Shown: positions 56,325-64,000 of the stretch, one piece after another
How the letters are laid out: each line of letters starts with the position of its first letter
Numbering within the stretch: position 1 is the first letter of the stretch
Assembly (NCBI GenBank): GCA_963920595.1
Contig: OY986949.1
Coordinates: 1,426,001-1,490,000, forward strand
DNA from: Eimeria praecox
Lineage: Eukaryota
Length of the DNA: 64,000 bases
Reading direction: 5' to 3'
The notes under the pieces: generated by a model
Told to the model about the DNA's origin: nothing
The model's input: only the letters and a program-made list of their open reading frames with translations
The model's database searches: none
Position numbers and translations under genes: made by a program

Positions 56325-57410
56325 AGCAGCTGCTGCTGCTGCTGTCAGGGAGGGCCTCCAAGGGAGAGCAGGCGGGGGGCAGAAACGAAGGTATGGGCAC
56401 TGCGTGGAATGAGGCAATCTGCAGACAGACAAACCCTAAACCCTAAACCCTAAACCCTAAACCCTAGACCCCCTAAACCCTAAACCCTAAACCCTAGACC
56501 CCCTAAACCCTAAACCCTAAACCCTAGGGCTCACTGCTTTGACTGCCGTCTCCAATGTGTCTCCTTCTGTCAAATCTTTCGTAGTGAGAGGAGACCCATC
56601 TAAATACTCTTCGACCCTTCCACCCTGAGAAAACCCCCAAACCCTAAACCCTAAACCCTAAACCCTAAACCCTAAACCCTAGACCCTAATCCCTTGAAAA
56701 AACCGAAGGTAGCCGTCATAACACCATCCCCCACCGGAGCCTTACACCTTAAACCCTAAACCCTAAACCCTAAATCCTCGGGTAGCTAACCTTCCACCTT
56801 CAAACCCTAAACCCTAAACCCTAAACCCTAAACCCTAAACCCTAATCGGTTATAGCTGCTCAGACACAACTACTTCTTCTTACCTCGAATTCAGCAATAC
56901 ACTTAGGTGCTATCCCCTGTCTCCCTAGGGTTTTGAACAGCCTCCTCTCCATATCTAAATCAAATAAAGCCCTACCCTCAGGCTGCCCATACACCCGAAC
57001 AAGTGCCTTCTTCACCTGGGGGCCCCCCTGGGCCCCCCCTTGGGGGCCCCCCTGGGGCCCCCGTAGGGGCCCCTCCGGGGGGGCCCCTACAGGGCCGCTA
57101 GAAGGGCCTTCCGGTGAGGCCCCCGGGGGGCCCCCGGAGGGGCCCCCGGAGGGGCCCCCCGAGGGGCCCCCCGAGGGGCCCCCATGGGTAGGAGGGTTTT
57201 GTTGGTTGAATTGTAGGAGATAGAGTTTGTTGCTGAGTCCTCCACTTATTTTATTTATAGAGAAAGAAGAAGTAGGGTGAGAGGCCCAGCCAGGTATAGC
57301 AGCCCTCCCTAGAGAGAGTAGGACTGTCTCCTTTTCAAGGAGACAGGCTCTTAGTGTCTCCTCATTAGATGTATCTTTTAATCCCTGCTGCTGCTGTTGC
57401 TGCTGCTGCT

Positions 57411-57447
<37 letters not shown>

Positions 57448-57987
57448 CTGCTGCTGTTGCTGCTGTTGTTGCTGTAGGAAACACGAAGCAGGAGACACCC
57501 GAAAGGTAGACAACTCATGTGCGGGGGGCCCCCCATTCTCTAGGGGCCCCCCCCCCTCATCCCCTGATTGGGGGCCCCCCCCCAGATCCCCTGAGGGGGG
57601 CCCCCCCCAGGGGGCCCCCACATTATGCCCCTCTACACATACTAAGCTGCACGAATTATCTACGGCCTCAACATCAGCAGCAGCAGCAGCTAGGGGGGTT
57701 GTACTGTCTCCTGTCTCCTCTTCCTGTGCCCTTATATGAAAACAGGGGGCCCCCAGGGGCCCCTTCAATCCTTCTGGAGGGCCCCCCGAGCAGGGGGCCC
57801 CTGTATAGGTATGTATGGTTGCTGCTGCTGCTGCTGTGGCAGAGACAGGGGATAGGGGGGGGGCCCCCATGGGTGTATACACAGCAGCAGAGAGCGTAAA
57901 TAAAAATAAAATAAATATATTGAAAATGTCTCCTCTAAATAAAGAGGAGAAGAGACAAATTAAACTCGCGAGGACCCTCATACTCAT
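53317..57987 (-). CDS. Choline/ethanolamine kinase
   Basis: Eight phase-consistent exons: 57987-56884, 56624-56535, 56418-55519, 54821-54707, 54367-54204, 54060-54005, 53698-53642, 53377-53317. Motifs: [10 protein letters not shown] (ATP loop), [32 protein letters not shown] (Brenner), [22 protein letters not shown] (choline kinase motif), [21 protein letters not shown]. Start codon choice uncertain. Confidence 0.96.
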
Positions 57988-58045
57988 TGTCAGGGGGGGG
58001 AAGAGGGGGGCCCCAATCAGCGGCAGGGGCTGCTGCTGTAGCTGT

Positions 58046-58095
<50 letters not shown>

Positions 58096-58229
58096 TTGAA
58101 GGCTGAGGAGGACAGGGGGCCCCTCTCCTCAATCTCCCCTTACACAGATAAACAAATCCACAAAAATAAAGAAAAGAAGGAGGGGGGCCCCCAACTCTAT
58201 ATACACAACAACGGGGTGTACAGTCACCT

Positions 58230-58279
<50 letters not shown>

Positions 58280-58369
58280 AAGTAGCTGCTGCTGCACGGA
58301 TATAATGCTGCTGCTGCTGTGGGGCGCGACGCTGCGTAAGGGGATATATCAGCAGCAATAACAACAGAA

Positions 58370-58411
<42 letters not shown>

Positions 58412-58412
58412 A

Positions 58413-58451
<39 letters not shown>

Positions 58452-60259
58452 CAGAGAACACGAGACCTGCGGAGACACCCGGTTGGGGTTTAAGGACTTG
58501 AGTATGCAATTATATAAAACAAATAAAAAACAAAATAAATAACAAAACAAATATTATAAATAATATATACAGAGAAACAGAAGAGAGAGGGACTCGCCAT
58601 CAAGAAGGAGACAGTCCCTCACAACAGCGGAAGAGGAGAGAGAGAGCGGACGGGGGGCCCCAACAAACCCTAAACCCTAAACCCTAGACCCTAAACCCTA
58701 AACCCTAGACCCTAAACCCTAAACCCTAGTTAATACAATCTCTAAACCCGTAAAAAAATAAATTCTAGTGTCTATACACACTAATTTCTATCTCCTAACC
58801 CCTCAACAATCTCTGCTGCTGTGGAAGGCCAGCGAGGGTTTAGGGTTTAGGGTTTACTAGGGTTTACTGGGGTTTAGGGTTTACAACACACCCAAGCAGA
58901 AGCACAGAGTTTAATACTATCCCCACAGCCTCTGAGCTCTCTCTGTCTCTCTCTGTCTCCCTCTGTCTCCCTCTGTCTCTCTCTCTCTGTCTCTCTCTGT
59001 CTCTCTCTGTCTCTCTCTCTCTCTGTCTCCCTCTGTCTCTCTCTCTCTGTCTCTTTCTCTGTCTCTCTATCTATCTTTGTTTCTGTCTCTACCTGTCTCC
59101 CTGTCTATCTCGCTCGACGTCCCTTTGCTTAGGGTTTAGGGTTTAGGGTTTAACTTTTCTTCGGACAAACCCTAAACCCTAAACCCTAAACCCTAAACCC
59201 TAAATCACTCTGTGTGTCTCTGTCTCCAAATTCAACTTCCTCTCTCTCTCTGTTTGTCTCTGTCTCCTTCTGCCTCTTTACCTGCCCCTCTGTCTTTCTC
59301 TCTATCTGTCTCCTTCTATCTCTTCCCATCTGTCTCCTTCTATCTGTCCCCTTCTATCTATCTGTCTCCTTCTATCCGTCTCCTTCTATCTGTCTCTTTC
59401 TATCTGTCTCCTTCTATCTGTCTCTGTCTCCTTCTATCTGCCTCCTTCTATCCGTCCCCTCCTATCTGTCTCTGTCTCCTTCTACCTGTCTCCTTCTATC
59501 TGTCTCTGTCTCCTTCTATCTGTCTCCTTCTATCTGTCTCTGTCTCCTTCTATCTGTCTCTTTCTGTCTGTCTCTTTCTGTCTGTCTCTTTCTGTCTGTC
59601 TCCTTTTGTCTGTTTATAATTTCTGCCTTCTTCTTTCTTTTCTCTTCTCTGTCTCTCCCTGTCTCCTTATCTCTCACTATCTCCATCCCTGTCTCCCTCT
59701 CTCTCTCTCTGTCTCTCTGTCTCTCTATCTCTGTCTCTGTCTATCTCTCTGTCTCTCTGTCTGTCTATCTCTCTCCCTCTCTCTCTCTCTCTCTTAATTT
59801 CTCTCTGTCTCTGTCTTTCTGTCTCCCTCTGTCTATCTCTCTCTCGCCCTGTCTATCTCCGTCTCTGTCTCTCCCTGTCCCTCACTACCCGCTTCTGTCT
59901 CTCCTGTATCTGTCTCTCTTTCTGTCTCCTCTCTCTTTCTCTTTCTGTCTCTGTATATATATCTATGCAGACTGTCTCTACAGCAGAGACAGCCCCCTCC
60001 CTTCTTTAAAATGTGTCTCCTTCTGAGGTGTCTATACACCTCGGTGTATGTCCTCAACTGCAGCAGCAGCAGCTGCAGCAGCAGCTGCTGCTGTTGCTGC
60101 TGCTGACGACGACCACACTTCTAGTGCTGCAGTTACTGCTGCAGCTACTGCAGCTACTGCAGCAGCTACACCTGCAGCAGCAGCAGCAGCAGCTACACCT
60201 GCAGCAGCTACACCTGCAGCAGCAGCTACACCTGCTGCTGCTGCAGCAGCAGCAGCAGG

Positions 60260-61868
60260 TCAATCCCTATGTATATATATTTGTGTGTCTGATGAGCTTA
60301 GTTATGTTTGTCTCTCTTTATTTCTTCTTCTTCTTCTAAAGGAGACAAACAAATAAAATAAAATAATAAATAATAAAAACAAATGAGAGAGATAGGTGAA
60401 AGAGAGACAGATAAAAGAGAGACAGACACAGATAATAATAATATAATATAATAATATAATAATATAATGATATAATGATATAATAATATAATAATATAAT
60501 GATATAATAATATAATAATATAATGATATAATAATATAATAATATAATGATATAATAATATAATAATATAATAATATAATAATATAATAATATAATAATA
60601 TAATAATAATATTAATTAAGAATATAAACACGATGGTAAGAAACAACAGAACAAACGATGAAAACAAAATAACAAACAAATAATTAATTAATTAGAAATA
60701 ATAATAAATAATAATAAATAACAAATAATAATAAATAATAATAAATAATAATAAATAATAATAAATAATAATAAATAATAATAAATAATAAATAATAATA
60801 AATAATAATTATAATAGTAAATATATAAATCATAAATATAAAAATAAAAGAATTAGAATAATAAATATAAAAATAATAAAGAAAAAAAATAAAGATAAAC
60901 ATAGAAAAACACAAACCCTAAACCCTAAACCCTAAACCCTAAACCCTAAACCCTAAACCCTAAACCCTAAACCCTAGTTGTGTTTTTCTTACCAGGATTT
61001 AATTTTTTGGGTGCAGCTTTGCTTTGAATCTGCATGCCTACTCCCTGCTCCCTGTAACAAGGAGACAGACAAACACAAATATACTGTCTCCTCTCTCTCT
61101 CTGTCTCTGTCTCTCTCTGTCTCTGTCTCTCTCTGTCTCTGTCTCTCTCTGTCTCTGTCTCTGTCTGTCTCTCTCTCTGTCTGTCTCTCTCTCTGTCTGT
61201 CTCTCTCTCTCTCTGTCTCCCTTTTATCTGTCTTTCTTTCATCTCTCTCTCTCTCTCTCTCCCTGTCTCTGTCTCTGCCTCTGTCTCTGTCTCTCTGTCT
61301 GTCTCTGTCTGTCTCTCTCTGTCTCTGTCTCTCTTCTATCTCTGTCTCTCTCTCTCTCCCTTATCTGTCTCTCTCTTCTCTGTCTCTCTTTTATCTGTCT
61401 CTTTTGTGTTTTTCTTCTTCTTCTCCTGTCCCTGTGCCCCTCCTTAAACCCTAAACCCTAAACCCTAAACCCTAAACCCTAAACCCTAGACCCTTACATA
61501 GCAAACACTTCCCCGTCGTCTTGTCCTCCTGTAGTAGCCTTGTACATATTTGTGTACAGCATCTTCGCGTCATACTTAGGGTCTGATGCACACACAAACC
61601 CTAAACCCTAAACCCTAAACCCTAGACCCTAAACCCTAGACCCTAAACCCTAGACCCTAAACCCTAAACCCTAAACCCTAGGATATCATCTTGGGGCGTC
61701 ATGTACGTACCCTTCTCTCGGAGGTCTTGGAGTTGTGAGAGGCCTGCGCACAATACAACCACACCAAACCCTAAACCCTAAACCCCAAACCCTAAACCCT
61801 AAACCCTAAACCCTAAACCCTAGGCGACGCCCTCGCTATATCAAGTGTTGCTCACGGTCTCCGCGGGT
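60260..61868 (-). CDS. 3' exons of an unidentified spliced gene (5' part beyond window end)
   Basis: Short unique segments bounded by CAG acceptors and GTRAG/GTACGT donors between telomere-like arrays: 61868-61856, 61743-61711, 61582-61498, 61051-60993, probably 60288-60260. They join in frame as TRGDRLSQLQDLREKDPKYDAKMLYTNMYKATTGGQDDGEVFAMEQGVGMQIQSKAAPKKLNPDTQIYIHRD*. Family not recognised; last exon uncertain. Confidence 0.65.
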
Positions 61869-62119
61869 CTGAGCAAACAAACATACAAACAACACAGCAA
61901 AACCAAATCAATAAGAACTGTCTCCTTATCTGTCTCCTTCTATCTGTCTCCTTCTATCTGCCTCCTATATATCTCCTTCTATCTATCTCTTTCTATCTGT
62001 CTCCTTCTATCTGTCTCCTTATCTGTCTCCTTATCTGTCTCCTTCTATCTGTCTCTTTCTATCTGCCTCCTATCTGTCTCTGTCTCCTTCTATCTGTCTC
62101 TTTCTGTCTGCCTCCTTCT

Positions 62120-64000
62120 ATCTCTGTCTATCTCTATCTGTCTCCTTCTATCTCTATCTGTCTCCTTCTGTCTCTATCTGTCTCCTTCTATCTCTATCTG
62201 TCTCCTTCTATCTCTATCTGTCTCCTTCTATCTCTGTCTGTCTCCTCCTATCTCTATCTGTCTCCTTCTATCTCTATCTGTCTCCTCCTATCTCTATCTG
62301 TCTCCTCCTATCTCTATCTGTCTCCTTCTATCTCTGTCTGTCTCCTCCTATCTCTATCTGTCTCCTTCTATCTCTATCTGTCTCCTCCTATCTCTATCTG
62401 TCTCCTCCTATCTCTATCTGTCTCCTTCTATCTCTGTCTGTCTCCTCCTATCTCTATCTGTCTCCTTCTATCTCTATCTGTCTCCTCCTATCTCTATCTG
62501 TCTCCTCCTATCTCTATCTGTCTCCTTCTATCTCTGTCTGTCTCCTCCTATCTCTATCTGTCTCCTCCTATCTCTATCTGTCTCCTTCTATCTCTATCTG
62601 TCTCCTCCTATCTCTATCTGTCTCCTCCTATCTCTATCTGTCTCCTTCTATCTCTGTCTGTCTCCTCCTATCTCTATCTGTCTCCTTCTATCTCTATCTG
62701 TCTCCTCCTATCTCTATCTGTCTCCTTCTATCTCTGTCTGTCTCCTTCTATCCCTATCTGTCTCCTCCTATCTCTGTCTGTCTCCTCCTATCTCTATCTG
62801 TCTCCTCCTATCTCTATCTGTCTCCTTCTATCTCTATCTGTCTCCTTCTATCTCTGTCTGTCTCCTCCTATCTCTATCTGTCTCCTTCTATCTCTGTCTG
62901 TCTCCTCCTATCTCTATCTGTCTCCTCCTATCTCTATCTGTCTCCTTCTATCTCTATCTGTCTCCTCCTATCTCTATCTGTCTCCTTCTATCTCTGTCTG
63001 TCTCCTCCTATCTCTATCTGTCTCCTTCTATCTCTATCTGTCTCCTTCTATCTCTGTCTGTCTCCTCCTATCTCTATCTGTCTCCTTCTATCTCTATCTG
63101 TCTCCTCCTATCTCTATCTGTCTCCTTCTATCTCTATCTGTCTCCTTCTATCTCTATCTGTCTCCTTCTATCTCTATCTGTCTCCTTCTATCTCTGTCTG
63201 TCTCCTCCTATCTCTATCTGTCTCCTTCTATCTCTATCTGTCTCCTTCTGTCTCTATCTGTCTCCTTCTATCTCTATCTGTCTCCTTCTATCTCTATCTG
63301 TCTCCTTCTATCTCTGTCTGTCTCCTTCTATCTCTATCTGTCTCCTTCTGTCTCTATCTGTCTCCTTCTATCTCTATCTGTCTCCTTCTATCTCTATCTG
63401 TCTCCTTCTATCTCTGTCTGTCTCCTCCTATCTCTATCTGTCTCCTTCTATCTCTATCTGTCTCCTTCTATCTCTGTCTGTCTCCTCCTATCTCTATCTG
63501 TCTCCTTCTATCTCTATCTGTCTCCTTCTGTCTCTATCTGTCTCCTTCTATCTCTATCTGTCTCCTTCTATCTCTATCTGTCTCCTTCTATCTCTGTCTG
63601 TCTCCTTCTATCTCTATCTGTCTCCTTCTGTCTCTATCTGTCTCCTTCTATCTCTATCTGTCTCCTTCTATCTCTATCTGTCTCCTTCTATCTCTGTCTG
63701 TCTCCTTCTATCTCTATCTGTCTCCTTCTATCTCTATCTGTCTCCTTCTATCTCTATCTGTCTCCTTCTATCTCTATCTGTCTCCTTCTATCTCTATCTG
63801 TCTCCTTCTGTCTCTATCTGTCTCCTTCTATCTCTATCTGTCTCCTTCTATCTCTATCTGTCTCCTTCTATCTCCTTCTATCTCTGTCTATCTCTATCTG
63901 TCTCCTTCTATCTCTATCTGTCTCCTTCTGTCTCTATCTGTCTCCTTCTATCTCTATCTGTCTCCTTCTATCTCTATCTGTCTCCTTCTATCTCTGTCTG
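62120..64000. repeat. 20-bp satellite (tctccttctatctctatctg)n, at least 1.9 kb, continuing beyond the window
   Basis: Highly homogeneous unit with three variable positions; probably intronic. Confidence 0.97.

Overview
Eukaryotic, intron-rich DNA with the hallmarks of a coccidian (Eimeria-type) repeat-rich genome segment: ubiquitous CAG/CTG triplets, interstitial telomere-like AAACCCT/TTTAGGG heptamer arrays, (AGCT)n, (TCTA)n and GGAGACA-based minisatellites. The species cannot be fixed from sequence alone. Most ORFs in the supplied track are repeat artefacts. Manual splicing supports eight genes: (1) 5' end of a probable MFS transporter (-, runs off the left edge); (2) a ~19 kb virilizer/VIRMA-like m6A-writer subunit (-); (3) a secreted 4x Apple/PAN protein (+); (4) a DHHC palmitoyltransferase (-); (5) TFIIH subunit Tfb4/p34 (+); (6) a TPR protein with a C-terminal TM segment (+); (7) a choline/ethanolamine kinase (-); (8) the 3' exons of an unidentified gene (-, runs off the right edge). 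The most unusual signals are the highly diverged virilizer, non-coding 'shadow' copies of exon ends that differ mostly at third codon positions, the polarity and splice-site adjacency of the telomere-like arrays, and a recurrent GGTGT-N4-ACACC palindrome. All family assignments come from motif recognition by eye, with no database search.
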